DNA of 64,000 nucleotides from Basidiobolus meristosporus CBS 931.73 (GCA_002104905.1 MCFE01000048.1:124001-188000), one strand, 5' to 3'. Counted from the first letter of the stretch, positions 12,150-24,600 are shown. Numbers and translations: made by a program. The notes: generated from the letters alone by a model not told the origin.

Positions 12150-12499
12150 TGTTGTAAAAATTCGTATTTTCCACCTAAATATTCACCTAACTTAGTCACT
12201 TAGATCATCACCTTCAAATCCTAGAGAATACTGACCAAATTCCTTGTCGGGATTTACTTAGAATATTTTCACCAAAATACCAGGTACCCAGAACATGAAA
12301 ATTCTCAAAGTTGTCCAAACAGCCCCAAACTTTGCACACATGTTCTTGGGACCTTCCTTAACCTATTCTACGTGTTTGTAATGCCAAGACCATGTAAAAG
12401 TATAAATACTACTTTTACATTCAATAAATCATTAAGTGAAAACCACATAATCTACTTGTCCTCCCAATCACTTCCAATATCTCCAAGACTCTTACAACA

Positions 12500-12513
12500 G
12501 GTTATGAGCCCTG
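12500..12513 (+). promoter_or_regulatory. Primer-binding site complementary to the anticodon arm of initiator tRNA-Met
   Basis: GGTTATGAGCCCTG abuts the 5' LTR. It is the reverse complement of CAGGGCUCAUAACC in fungal tRNAiMet (yeast sequence from memory), the half-tRNA primer type used by Ty5 and Drosophila copia. Confidence 0.9.
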
Positions 12514-15500
12514 AGCTGTCACTCTCTGCAATGTCTACTACTGCTATTACTGGAATTTTTCCCTCTGCTGAAAAGTTGGATGGATCTAACTACCAAGTGT
12601 GGAAGGTGAAGATGAAGATGCTGCTACAAGAAAGAGGCCTTTGGGATATTGTCATGGGAGAAGAATGCCCTCCTAAAAACGTGGGAGAGGAAGCCTTGAA
12701 GTACCAGAAGAAAGAACAAAGTGCCTTTAACTGCATTTGCCTTAATGTCAAGGACAAATTGCTAATTCAATGCTCAAGAGCAAAAACGGCAAAGAATGCC
12801 TGGAAAGCATTAGAAGACACCTACCAGTCATGTTCAGCTGCCAAGAAAATGTATCTGAGAAGAAAATTCTTTACTACAAAGATGCTGCCAGGAGAAGAAA
12901 TGAAAAATCTAATTAACAGAATTACCCTGCTGGTAGATGAGATGGAATCTGTGGGCGTACCAACTACTGATGAGGATGTGATAGTTACCATCCTGAATAG
13001 CCTGACAGACGAGTTTCAGGGCCTTGTATCAGCCCTAGAGTCCAGAACTGAAGATTTGACCTTAAATTACGTATATGGAAGGCTCCTGGATGAAGAATTA
13101 AGAAAATCAAGCGCCAATAAGAAGGAAGAAGAAAATGCTTTAATAAGCAATGATAACCAACAAAGGAGGTACCCAAGACCCTACAAAGGCAACAGCAACC
13201 TATTTTGCAACTACTGCAAAAGGAAAGGACACACATCAGACCGGTGTTTCAAAAAGAGAGATTATCAGCAAAAGAAGCCTGAATATGGAAATGCTGCAAC
13301 AACTGAAGATAGACTATTCATATCTGCACTAAATATGACCACAAACAAGGATTCTCAGACGTGGTATATTGACTCTGGAGCTTCTCAACACTTTACACAC
13401 CAAAAAGAACTTTTTACCCAATATCAAGAAATTCCAATTAAGAAGGTTTTCATGGGTGACGATAGAACACTTGATGCAGTGGGAGAAGGAACTATCCAAG
13501 TAAACCTTAGAAGCAGTGAAGGAAGCCATACACTGACCTTTAAAGAAGTACTCTATGTACCAGAAATAGCCAAGAACCTACTCTCTGTAAGCAAGGCCAC
13601 AGCAGAAGGACTCAGTTTCAGTTTTGACAATTCTGGATGCAGGATCACTGATCAAAATGGTGCCCATATTGCTTCAGGCATCAGAGATCAGAATCTATAC
13701 AAGTTGACTTATATTCCATCATATCTGGAAGCCAATATAAGTAACTTAAATGAAGAAACACCAATGCTTTGGCACAGGAGATTTGGACACATCAATTTTG
13801 ATTATTTGCGTAAAATGATCAAAGATCAGCTAATTTCTGGAGTGAAAATTGATCCCCCAGCTATTTTGGAGCACTGTGAAGCCTGCATATATGGGAAACA
13901 AGCCAGACAACCGTTCAAGAGCTCTGGGTTAATCAAAACTAAGAAAAAATTAGGTCTAATTCACTCAGATCTGTGTGGACCTATGCAAAATTTATCCTTA
14001 GGCGGGATGAAGTATTTAATCACTTTTATTGATGATTATACAAGATACACATGGGTCTACTTCATGGAGAGAAAGGAAGAAGCTCTGTCTAAGCTCAGGG
14101 AGTTCAAAGCCATGGTGGAGAGAGAAACTGGTGAAAAAATCAAGAAAATACGCTCTGACAATGGTGGAGAATATACCTCAAAACTCTTCATCCACTTCTG
14201 CAAAATTCATGGGATAAAGCAAGAGACTACTGTACCATACTCCCCACAGCAAAATGGAGTAGCAGAACGAGCTAACAGATCAATAATTGATATGGCAAGA
14301 TCTATGATCCATGATCAAAAATTATCCTATGATTTTTGGGCGGAATCAGTTGCCACTGCTGTATATCTTAAAAATAGGAGTTATAACAGAATACTTCGTG
14401 ATTCTACTCCATTTGAAGCATGGTATGGATACAGACCAAGTGCAGAACATCTAAGAATATTTGGGTGTACAGCATATGCCAAAAAACTGGCCGGAAATCA
14501 GTCAAAATTTGAGCCAAAAAGTGTAAAATGCATATTTTTGGGCTACTGCAATGAGAGTAAGGCATACAGACTCTACAATACCGAAGCAAAGAAGCTGATC
14601 AAGTCCAGGGATGTGTTGTTTGATGAAAATTCAAAATTTTCACAAAAAATGACATCAGATGATGACGAAAATTTGATCTCAAGTCCACCAATTGTCAGGA
14701 TTGAATCAGAGCAAAACAATGAAAATTTTTTCACTCCAGAGGACTCTACAACCGTGGTTCAGCCAGAATCAGTGCCCAGGAATATCCCAGAAGTGATCAT
14801 TCCAGTATCAAATGCCCGGAGATCCAATCGGACAAGAAATAGCCCAAATTACTATATCAATGAGGGTACAAACTTGGCCTATGCCTATTCAGTCCATGTT
14901 GATGAACCCCAGACTGTAAAAGAGGCCCTAAATAGCCCTCAGACAAAGTTTTGGAGATCTGCAATGACTGAGGAATATCAGGCCCTGATGGAAAATCAAA
15001 CTTGGGACTTAGTCAAATTACCAATCAACCGAAAATCAATTGGATGCAGATGGGTCTTCAAGACAAAATACAAGGCTGATGGTACAATTGAAAGGTACAA
15101 AGCAAGACTTGTAGCCAAAGGATACTCTCAAACAAAAGGACTTGACTATACTGAGACCTTTGCACCGGTAGCCAAGTTTAATTCCATCAGATTAATATTG
15201 GCTATTGCAGCCAAATATAAGTTTTTTATTCATCAAATGGATGTAAAAACTGCATTTTTGAATGGAGAACTTGATGAGGACGTGTATATGGACCAGCCTG
15301 ATGGTTTTGTTGACCAAGATAACCCCCATTTGGTCTGCAAGCTTAAAAAGTCACTATATGGTCTCAAACAATCACCGAGAGCCTGGAATTGCAAGATAGA
15401 TTCTTATTTGGAATCTTTGAGTTTCAAAAGGAGTAATGCTGACTATAGTATATACTATAAGCCAGATAGAGCAAATCCAGTTCTATTAGCTCTATATGTG

Positions 15501-16475
15501 GATGATCTTATTATAGCCGCCAATACCCTAGAAACATTGGAAGAGACTAAATCCAGCCTATCTAAGGAGTTCAAGATGTCCGATCTAGGAGAACTTAGTT
15601 ACTACTTAGGGATTAAGTTCTCCATAGACAGAAGTACCCAGACTATTACCCTAAGCCAATCCAAGTATATTCAAGATATACTAAAGAAGTACAAAATGGA
15701 AGACTGCAAACCGGCAGCTACCCCAATGGAGACAAACCTTAACTTGGTCAAAACTCAACCAAATCAAGAGAGCTTGGTGCCATCTGAAAGCCCTGACTTT
15801 CCTTATCAATCTATGGTTGGCAGTCTGATGTATATCATGCTTGGAACACGTCCAGATATCTCATATTCAGTGGGAGTTGTCAGCCAACATAATCAGAATT
15901 ATGGATCTGATCATATTGCAGCAGTTAAGCGGATTTTTAGATACCTAAAAAGAACTGCTGATATCTGCTTAAGATACACTTATAAGGATTCAGAACAGGA
16001 TCTTGTGGGATACTCTGATGCTGATTGGGGACGAAATTTAGAAGACAGAAGATCCACCACAGGATATACCTTTCTTTACTGTAAAGGAGCCATTTCATGG
16101 AATTCAAGAAAGCAACCAACCGTAGCACTTTCTACTACAGAGGCAGAGTATATGGCAGCCTGTGAAGCTACAAAAGAAGCAATGTGGTTACGAAAGCTCT
16201 TTACAGATTTAGGCCTATGTCAAAAAACGCCTATTACTTTATTTCAAGATAATCAAGGATGTATACAATTAGGTAGAAATCCAACTTTTCATGCTAGAAC
16301 TAAGCACATAGATATTAGACATCATTTCATACGTGAAGCTATAGAGAATAACTTAGTTAGCTTAGTTTACTGTCCTACAGATGAAATGATTGCAGACATA
16401 TTTACAAAACCATTAGCTAGAGACAAGTTTGAATATCTTAGGTCAAAATTAGGACTAGTCAGTATGAACATTTAG
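12504..16475 (+). CDS. Copia Gag-Pol polyprotein
   Basis: KLDGSNYQVWKVKM; knuckle CNYCKRKGHTSDRC; protease WYIDSGAS; LWHRRFGH...CEAC; integrase HSDLCGP, IRSDNGGEY, QNGVAER; RT QMDVKTAFLNG, LYGLKQ, LYVDDLII; RNase H YSDADW, KHIDIRHHF. Copia domain order PR-IN-RT-RH. Start could be ATG 12504 or 12531. Confidence 0.95.
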   Translation: MSPELSLSAMSTTAITGIFPSAEKLDGSNYQVWKVKMKMLLQERGLWDIVMGEECPPKNVGEEALKYQKKEQSAFNCICLNVKDKLLIQCSRAKTAKNAWKALEDTYQSCSAAKKMYLRRKFFTTKMLPGEEMKNLINRITLLVDEMESVGVPTTDEDVIVTILNSLTDEFQGLVSALESRTEDLTLNYVYGRLLDEELRKSSANKKEEENALISNDNQQRRYPRPYKGNSNLFCNYCKRKGHTSDRCFKKRDYQQKKPEYGNAATTEDRLFISALNMTTNKDSQTWYIDSGASQHFTHQKELFTQYQEIPIKKVFMGDDRTLDAVGEGTIQVNLRSSEGSHTLTFKEVLYVPEIAKNLLSVSKATAEGLSFSFDNSGCRITDQNGAHIASGIRDQNLYKLTYIPSYLEANISNLNEETPMLWHRRFGHINFDYLRKMIKDQLISGVKIDPPAILEHCEACIYGKQARQPFKSSGLIKTKKKLGLIHSDLCGPMQNLSLGGMKYLITFIDDYTRYTWVYFMERKEEALSKLREFKAMVERETGEKIKKIRSDNGGEYTSKLFIHFCKIHGIKQETTVPYSPQQNGVAERANRSIIDMARSMIHDQKLSYDFWAESVATAVYLKNRSYNRILRDSTPFEAWYGYRPSAEHLRIFGCTAYAKKLAGNQSKFEPKSVKCIFLGYCNESKAYRLYNTEAKKLIKSRDVLFDENSKFSQKMTSDDDENLISSPPIVRIESEQNNENFFTPEDSTTVVQPESVPRNIPEVIIPVSNARRSNRTRNSPNYYINEGTNLAYAYSVHVDEPQTVKEALNSPQTKFWRSAMTEEYQALMENQTWDLVKLPINRKSIGCRWVFKTKYKADGTIERYKARLVAKGYSQTKGLDYTETFAPVAKFNSIRLILAIAAKYKFFIHQMDVKTAFLNGELDEDVYMDQPDGFVDQDNPHLVCKLKKSLYGLKQSPRAWNCKIDSYLESLSFKRSNADYSIYYKPDRANPVLLALYVDDLIIAANTLETLEETKSSLSKEFKMSDLGELSYYLGIKFSIDRSTQTITLSQSKYIQDILKKYKMEDCKPAATPMETNLNLVKTQPNQESLVPSESPDFPYQSMVGSLMYIMLGTRPDISYSVGVVSQHNQNYGSDHIAAVKRIFRYLKRTADICLRYTYKDSEQDLVGYSDADWGRNLEDRRSTTGYTFLYCKGAISWNSRKQPTVALSTTEAEYMAACEATKEAMWLRKLFTDLGLCQKTPITLFQDNQGCIQLGRNPTFHARTKHIDIRHHFIREAIENNLVSLVYCPTDEMIADIFTKPLARDKFEYLRSKLGLVSMNI

Positions 16476-16879
16476 CTGAGTGGGAGTGTTGTAAAAATTC
16501 GTATTTTCCACCTAAATATTCACCTAACTTAGTCACTTAGATCATCACCTTCAAATCCTAGAGAATACTGACCAAATTCCTTGTCGGGATTTACTTAGAA
16601 TATTTTCACCAAAATACCAGGTACCCAGAACATGAAAATTCTCAAAGTTGTCCAAACAGCCCCAAACTTGGCACACATGTTCTTGGGACCTTCCTTAACC
16701 TATTCTACGTGTTTGTAATGCCAAGACCATGTAAAAGTATAAATACTACTTTTACATTCAATAAATCATTAAGTGAAAACCACATAATCTACTTGTCCTC
16801 CCAATCACTTCCAATATCTCCAAGACTCTTACAACAGTGATGACCTTTTGATGGGATCATTACAATTAGTTTTCATAGA

Positions 16880-17054
16880 GCAAGAGGGTAGTCAGAGACT
16901 AGGATATATCACTGCAAATAGGAGGCCAAGGAATGGTGTGCTTGGCAGGAAGCAGAAGCTGTACAATGTGATGTTTAATCATTTCAGGGTGACAGTAGAG
17001 CATTCATCTGGATTTCTAAAGAGATTCAAAATAATGGCAGATAAATATAGATGA
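16880..17054 (+). pseudogene. DDE transposase remnant, IS5/ISL2EU/Harbinger (DDE_Tnp_4)-like C-terminal part
   Basis: GYITANRRPRNGVLGRKQKLYN...RVTVEHSSGFLKRFKIMADKYR resembles the P-KKP-G-L-QK-YN...RVxVEH-G-LKxF-I...YR signature. Short and degenerate. Confidence 0.5.
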
Positions 17055-19672
17055 AAGTCATGTAGGAGAAAACAGCAGAACAGGTTAAATAATCAAGATA
17101 CAAATTCATGCTTGCGGCAACACCAAGTGGAATGAAACTTTCCAACCAACATGACATAGAATATATAAAATAATAAGATACATACCCTTGCAGTTTAGGA
17201 TACAGAGTGATGCAAGTCTTCAGTATGAAGTTGCTGGTTCCAATCGCCATCAAATACTTAACTCCACTATCTATGCACATAAATATCTCACTTCCCCTAG
17301 CATAGACGAATGCAATCAGTCCGAAAGATCACATATCTGGCAATGAGCAGTGTCCCATGGGGCAACAACCCAACGAGACCGAATGGTATCAAGGGGTGGT
17401 TCGTGCACAACAGAGACCGCACCACCGAAAATTCCACACAAGATGGTCCAAAGTCTTCACACAAGGAGAGAGACCGAGGTTCTATTCTTGGGATGTCCGT
17501 AGCTGAGAGGTGCAGCCCGATATTTACGTAACTCAGTACTGTAGAGTTCATTGATTGCAAACAGGCCGGTTGAATTCCAAACCCTGGGGCCAAATAAAAT
17601 CCCCGATTGCAGTTTAGCCACAAGCATTTACCAGTATGTCAAGGAGGGGATTGTTTCCTAGAAAGGTTGGTCTGCCACCGAGTCGTCATCATGATGCTCA
17701 CGGAGCCATATGGAAAGATCTTGATACGAGTTCCAGCACCACTTATCGATCGGAGTCAGTCGAAACCCATCACTGGCAACTTCACCCGAACCACCAGGAT
17801 TTTCTCCATAGCATGGTGAACGCCTGCCATCTGTAAACACGGGCTCCACGTATTCCAGATGTCATTATAACCCTTTTGGCAGTCATTTCGAGCCCTTGGC
17901 TCCCACGCATGCTAACACTGATTGGAATTACGTACACATGTACCGTTACCCTCAATACAGGTGAACCCCCAACGGTGGTCAGCCCAAGCTGATCAGTAAT
18001 GCAAGCCGAAATGAAATGCATCAATTTTTTAAGCGATTTGAGGTCAAGTCATGTAAAATTGTCTATATGACTTACACTAGTGGGAAACTAGATTACTCTT
18101 AGCAGCGATCGTCGTTTTGCCAGGGCTGCTTTGGCACTTTCAAGATCTCATCGCTGCCGAAAAATAGAGATCTGGAACCAGGGAGGTAGAATATAACGGC
18201 ATGTACCAAGTGAAGTGGTGATTCGCAAGAGCATGCGAGAGACAAAATCACCACTCAACCGCCCCTCCTAAGACTGGCTGCATGAGACCAATCCTTCTCG
18301 ATCCTATCAATGGAGCGGCGGAGAAGAGCGGTATACCTCTAGCCAATTTACTGGCAAGATCATATGAGTCACACTAGCCAAGGAGTTTTAGAGGACTGAA
18401 CGGGATAGCAAAACCGACGACCACTACGCCAATGATGCCTAACAAAGTTAGGCTGAGACCGCATTTGAGTTCGTTGCTTGGATCACCCCTAATTGCTGTT
18501 CCGCTGATTTGTAGCACGCTCATGATACCATATTGCGTAATCTCGGAACTCACTAAGCGCTGATGCACGCCAGCATGCCCTGGACGATCTAATAGGCAAT
18601 AATGGCCTTCAGGAATGTCGTTGTGGGCACTCGGATCATGCGCATGCATTCACCGACAAAACGTTTAATCCAGGACAAGGTTTAATGAAGTTGCACAGCC
18701 GATATGCAAGGGGACAAGGTCATTTGGTAGACAAAAATCGCCCATCCATTTAGTACGGAATTAGTCAGTTAATCATCAGCAATTACATCACATCTTCTTT
18801 ACGCTTACACACCTCTGCTGATCTTTGGGAAATGGAATAGTCAGGAATGTCAGGAACCAATGGTGTCTGTTGAATGTAGTGCAGGTTGTTTGTTGTGAAT
18901 GGTATACTGCACTTCCGTGTGCTATCTAGGAGCACATATTCCGCCACCACCTGCACGGCCCAAGTGGCCAAAAGACTCGGACAACTAATGGATTCTCACT
19001 AGCTTTCTATGCGAGCTATTTCGGCTTCTGTTTGTACTCTCTGAGGAAGCGGTATGGGAAGTTTTCTTCAGATGTGTAGGATTAGTCGAGTGGAAGGACA
19101 GCGATCCACTCCCAATGCAATGACCATCCATATATCTCGATCTGGGATTCGCCGCCCCTACCAAGTAACAGCTAGGATTCAATGCCGGATGTGAATACTC
19201 ACCAAGGAAGGGCCAACATTCGACGCATTATTTCCTCCATGGAACCGGACAAAGGGGATTCCTAGAGTGTATCGGACAAGCAATGCAGTCCCGTCCATAC
19301 TCCCGCATTTGCTGCCACCAAATCCTACGTTTTACTCCGCCCCACTGGAAAATGGAACTCCCCTCCTCTCTATTTCCTCGAATAGCGTTACCAGCTAAGG
19401 TATTAATTGTTCAGGTGAATCGCAGAGAATCTGTTGATCACTCTGCAAACAGTCACTACCTGTTTTATATTTCCGGTCTATTTGAATGGGTTTTCGGTGG
19501 TGCGGTCACTAACAGCATCGGCTAACGGAGCTTTATATGATCTCAACTATACATGGGATATACTATCATGACGTTGGTTCTGGCTAATCGACTGTGCGTA
19601 CAGCAACGGCAGGGAAGATGATACAATGTATGGTAATCAAAGAAACTGTGCAATAGGTCTATGGCTGGAACA

Positions 19673-21191
19673 TCACATGTGGACTGAGGTACGTAGGTGA
19701 AGGGGGAATGCTGGTGTGCCACGTCTGGTCTTGGCAACTCGAGTACCAGGAGTTCTGGGTACCTTTGCGTCAATCTTCTCTGTTTCTTCGTCGACAGCAC
19801 GAAGCCCTTCTTCGTAGACTTGAAGCAGAAGCTCATTGTCTCTAATTCCTCGAACAATATCGTCTTCTTGAACATTCATGGATACCTTCCTCAGCATCTC
19901 ACCTTTACTCTTACCAAGAATAATAAGCCCCGTGGATTCGACCATATTTGTCAAGTCAAAAAACTCCGATCGAGTGACTGGAACGAAATATTTGTGGATG
20001 TAGCAGAGTGAGATGTAACGATCATAAAGCTTCGAAGCAATTAGCCGGAGGAAACTATAGAGTTATTGGAAATTCAATATATACCGTCCCTAACGTCATC
20101 TCTGCCATCTTACTTTTACTAAAGAGCACACCGGCGAGTAAGACCAGCTTTTGTTGCAGATTTAAATCTTGAACTTTCTTCACGGAGGATGATCCTAGCA
20201 TAGAATTCACTACTCTCATCACATGCTTGATTGTCACCTTGGGCGCACTTGCTACCGTGCCAGGTTCTTTTCCGACGCTGTTCTTTTGCTCTAGCTCAAC
20301 CATCTCGATCGCTTGCCGACAGATACTCAATGCCTTTCTAAGATCACCCGCTCCTGCAGCAACTTTACGAGCACAGAGCTCTATGGCTGATAACTGCATG
20401 ATGGGCACTGACGGCTTCTTGCCCAGCCCATTCAGCTCGCTCATCGCGTCGCTACTGCAGAGCGATATCAGTCTGGTTTTGATAATGTCAATAATCTGTG
20501 ATACTCGATAGGGATTGAAATTCAATATCTGAGGCTCGCCTAGATATGATCATCAGATATTGAAACATGCATCGACTAAATATTCGAAACTTACAATTCT
20601 TCGCGCGTAATCGAGGCAAAAATCTGTCAGTCAAGTCCAATGCGTTTGCAATACCGATCAAAGCTAAATGTGCCTCCGGTAAGGTTGGCCATTCGAAAAG
20701 CTTGTACAAAACATCCTGGTCTTTTGTGAATAAGTGATCAATCTCATCTAATATAACAACGCTGGCCTGGGAGTTAGAACTGTGGGAGCTGCTGGAGCCT
20801 AAATTTATTATACTTACAACATAGTGGACCCTTGAAAAAACACCTTTTCTAAAGATTTCAAGGCATCCTTTGAACTCGCTTTGCCAGCCCCGGCCTCGTT
20901 TAGCAGTTTACTGTATATGGCTCTGGGGTCACTGATACTCATACAATTAATCTTGATGATTTCTACCTTGTGCTCAGCCTTCTCACACTCAAATTCTGTA
21001 CACAGCTGGTTCAAAAGTGCTGTTTTCCCCGTGCCTGGACTACCAGAGATATAGAGACACCCAGGGCTACTTCTAACCACGTGTTCATACCAAAAGCGCA
21101 TCAAAACCACTCGTTCTTCCTCTCTGCCTACGAGTTGGTGGGGCTTAGCTGAGCAACGAAATAGTGATTTGGCTTGCTGGTAGATAGACAT
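19673..21191 (-). CDS. CDC6: Cell division control protein 6 (AAA+ replication initiator), 4 exons
   Basis: IYQQAKSLFR...LVGREEER; Walker A YISGSPGTGKT; Walker B VVILDEID reconstituted across intron 20817-20762; LIGIANALDLTDRFLPRL; GDLRKALSICRQA; winged helix EFFDLTNMVESTG. An extra 5' exon cannot be excluded. Confidence 0.92.
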
Positions 21192-21698
21192 GGCAATTTG
21201 AACCTTATAAGTGGTATCGCTCTATTGCATTGACATGCAATTCGGTATTTAAATAAACCCAATGCTCAATTCGAAAGCAAAACAAATGCGCACCCATCAC
21301 GTGCAGACGTATACAAAACCATAAAAGCATTCAAACAGTTCTATTTTTGAGAACGGCTCAATGCCTTGTTGATTCCAGCGTTTTACACTTTGGAGAATGA
21401 TCTCTACAAGATCTAATCCAATCTGCTGTTCCAACTGACATGCACAGTTTTTTCGTAGCAAGTAGTAGTCTTGCAAAAGATAGCATATAGACAATAGTAT
21501 CTTGAACGCATCAAATCAAAAGCCACGTAGCCTTCTACTGGAATGCAGCATGTACTTCCGGATAACTCGCCGATCAAAAGAATAGATTCAATGACGCTTT
21601 ATTATAGATGGTCGCTGGTTTTTGCTTACATAATAGACATCGATAAAGTCTGGACTGTTGATAAATTGGATCACAGATATATTTGTGAGCAATATGAT

Positions 21699-24600
21699 TC
21701 ATGAAAAATCATTTAGTTGGTTCAACACTTGAGCGAGAATATCCGAATAAGGATAGGAGTAGGCCTCCTGCAGATTACCATCGTGTTAGACATTCATTTT
21801 CAATCTAATCGATACGCACTCACCATGATATTCTCGTATGAATTGTCTGAGCTGAGTCGGACTTTGAGTAAAGATCGACTGTATTTGCCACAAATAATAA
21901 CATCAAACATGATGACACTATTTAAAGTTGCTAAATAGAAGGATATATAGATACAGTAGGTCTAACACCGAACCTCATCACCGCTTCCTCTATTCCGGCT
22001 GTCTCGCTCAGTCGCAACTAGTTTACTACGTAAATAGACCTGTAACAAACTGACCAGTTCGAAATACCTTTGCATAGGCAATTGCCAAACTAACAAGCGT
22101 CTGTTCAATCAGTTAATATCTTGTTGGTATCAGTGAGAAGGATGAGCAACGCACTCTCATGGCATTTAGGCTCCCATCTTGTATGTAATTGTCAATCATG
22201 AACCTCCTGTAGGCCAGAAAATATTTCTTGAGCAGATGTTCGCACTGTGGTGATAATCTTAATATATTTGGATTAGTTTTATGTGAATAATTGATTCATA
22301 CAATAAGTCGACCTGGCATCTATCGTTCGTGCTAGTCGGATGAACTGGATTCATTGGTGAGAGTATGAATATTAAAAAATATATACTACATTACTTCGGA
22401 AAGCATCTTGAAATCATTCGGCCCGTTGGCAAGTGTTTGATACAATACGTCACTTAATAAGAAATCTGCAAGGAGTGCCTCCTGCTCACTAGTCATATAA
22501 ACTGGTAATACTATAGGAAATAAACTAATATAGAGGTAAATAGTGCGACTCAGAAAACGGGCGTACTCCGTTTACACATACTGGTTCAAGCAAAGAGAGG
22601 TGACATCGGAGCACTTCTATTACAAAATGAAGCTTGAGCAAACTGAGCCAAAGGATCCAACTATTGTTTACCTTTGGATTCTTCTGAGAGTTGGCTGTCT
22701 CGCAGGTAATTATGTTATCTGCATAACTCCAAAAACATGTGTTTAAAGTGTTTGCACTTGAACCTCCGGTGTCGAGAGTCGAGTCACTCGAAAATACTGC
22801 GTAGGTTCCAGGGATAAATTAAATCAAGTAGCTCTGTTGGTATTTGATATGTCTTACTTGAAGTCAAGAATGGGTAATCCTGTTGCTTGAGCACAGAATA
22901 ATCAAACACTAATATCCCGTTTCTACTGAGGGGGAAACAATCACCTATTATGGACATTCAGTTGTGTCCAGAGGAAGTATCTGTTGAATAAACATTAGAT
23001 ACATCAAAGAAAAACCATGCCATACCACGCGATCGAAAAAGTTGATGAAACTTAACATCACTGGGCAGGGTGGCAAAATGCATAGAGCTAATAAAAGTGT
23101 GAGGATGTATCTTATAAAGAGTAGCCTATAGCTTAAACTTACGGAGAATATGTTGACGCATACTTCAGAAACCTTTGTAAAGCAGGTATTCGGCCATAGG
23201 TTATGGCGAGAATATTGAGTTTGTATCCACCCTGGTCACCGGATTCAGATATACTAGAGCCTGCTAAAGCCAGACTAAAACCCATATGAGCACCAAATAA
23301 ATTAGGATAGATGCTATGGATGCTACCTCAAAAGTAATGACATCTTTAGTGTTCGCCAAAGTGACTCAGGAAGCATACCTCCTATAACCTGAGTCAATAT
23401 TGTGGACATTCTAAACTCGCGACGGCTCTACCTGAGAATCTATCTATGATATACTGCGAGTATGTCCAAATATCAAACTTCTTAATTTTGTCGAGTATAC
23501 CGGGATCGCAAGTTGGGCCTTGTGGGATGAATGTGCCATGTGGCCTCCAGCTTTCCTGTATTGTGGGGGAGTAGTTCTTATAAAGCCTTGAAGCATCGCC
23601 AACCCGCTATGTAATAGAGAAATTGGATCCGTGGCAAAACTATATGATGGAGAGAGTAGGCTTACATATTCCAATAAATGATAACCGTAAACCTAGCAGC
23701 TACAGTCTCAGTAACTCTATAATACTAGCATCTGGATACACATTGATCTTACTGAGAAATAAATATTGTTGTCTAGGGCTTTGCTTTGACGTTCAGCTAC
23801 CAAGTTAGATCTCCCTGAGTATAAGGTCAAGTGAGCATGTTATGATGTCTGAAGATACCACAGGGGTTCGTTCTCTGCACTAGTCCTATCGCTTCGATAG
23901 CATCTCCTTTGTGTAAGCTATTCACCATCTCCCCTTTAATTGCGAGATTTAGTAAGCTAGCCTTGGTAATAACAGAGGTTCTAAATATACCACGAAGTTT
24001 CAAATTAATCCGATTAAAATAGCATGTATTTGTGTCTGCCAGAAGATTTTGAAGTACGACAATTTGTATTTCTACATTCATGTTGAAAATTTTGGGCAAA
24101 GAATACACTCCATACGATTTCCATAATTACCCAAGTAGGTTCGGTCGTTTGCTAACTCGGACATTTGCTTTTGGCAGGTTAAACAAATCTTGTTGATATG
24201 TTTAGCGCTATTTCTGAACGGATTGTAAGTTAATACATAAACCAGTGTTCTGATCAAAACCGAGCTCAACAAACGTGTTTACTACTTCAATAACAGTGTT
24301 CAAGTTGGATCGTCTGGTAACCTTGTATTCGTTTCCAACATATGCAATATGGATTCGGTTTTGACTATCGCATCCAGAATTGGTACATTTATAGATCTGA
24401 TTAACTCTGGAATCCCATTTTAGCACATAATTATGGCAAGCGAACACATGTAAACCAACAATCTTTGATCTGTATTCTTAGTTTCAACGATGACACCAGA
24501 GATCTGAACGAATTCGCTTCTTGTGATGCTTTTTGTGGATTGAAGTTGTAAGAGACACTTTGATGGAGAATCGAGGTGACGCCTAAATTGAACTTAGCAA

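Larger units (their letters stand above)
12150..16836 (+). mobile_element. Intact full-length Ty1/Copia LTR retrotransposon (Ty5/hemivirus-type priming)
   Basis: 350-bp LTRs at 12150-12499 and 16487-16836 (TGTTGTAA...TTACAACA) with one mismatch (12333 T vs 16670 G). 5-bp TSD GTGAT at 12145-12149 and 16837-16841. PBS at 12500; PPT GAGTGGGAG at 16478-16486; single intact ORF. Confidence 0.98.

Noticed and set aside
12372-12503. ORF-track start of the Copia polyprotein inside the 5' LTR (GTG 12372, ATG 12381)
   Set aside because: These codons lie upstream of the LTR TATA-like motif near 12400, so they are unlikely to be on the mRNA. The open frame there is probably incidental.
17290-19450. Numerous short ORFs and splice-like signals between the Copia and CDC6
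   Set aside because: No splice combination gave a recognisable protein. May be decayed gene fragments, but no call is supportable.
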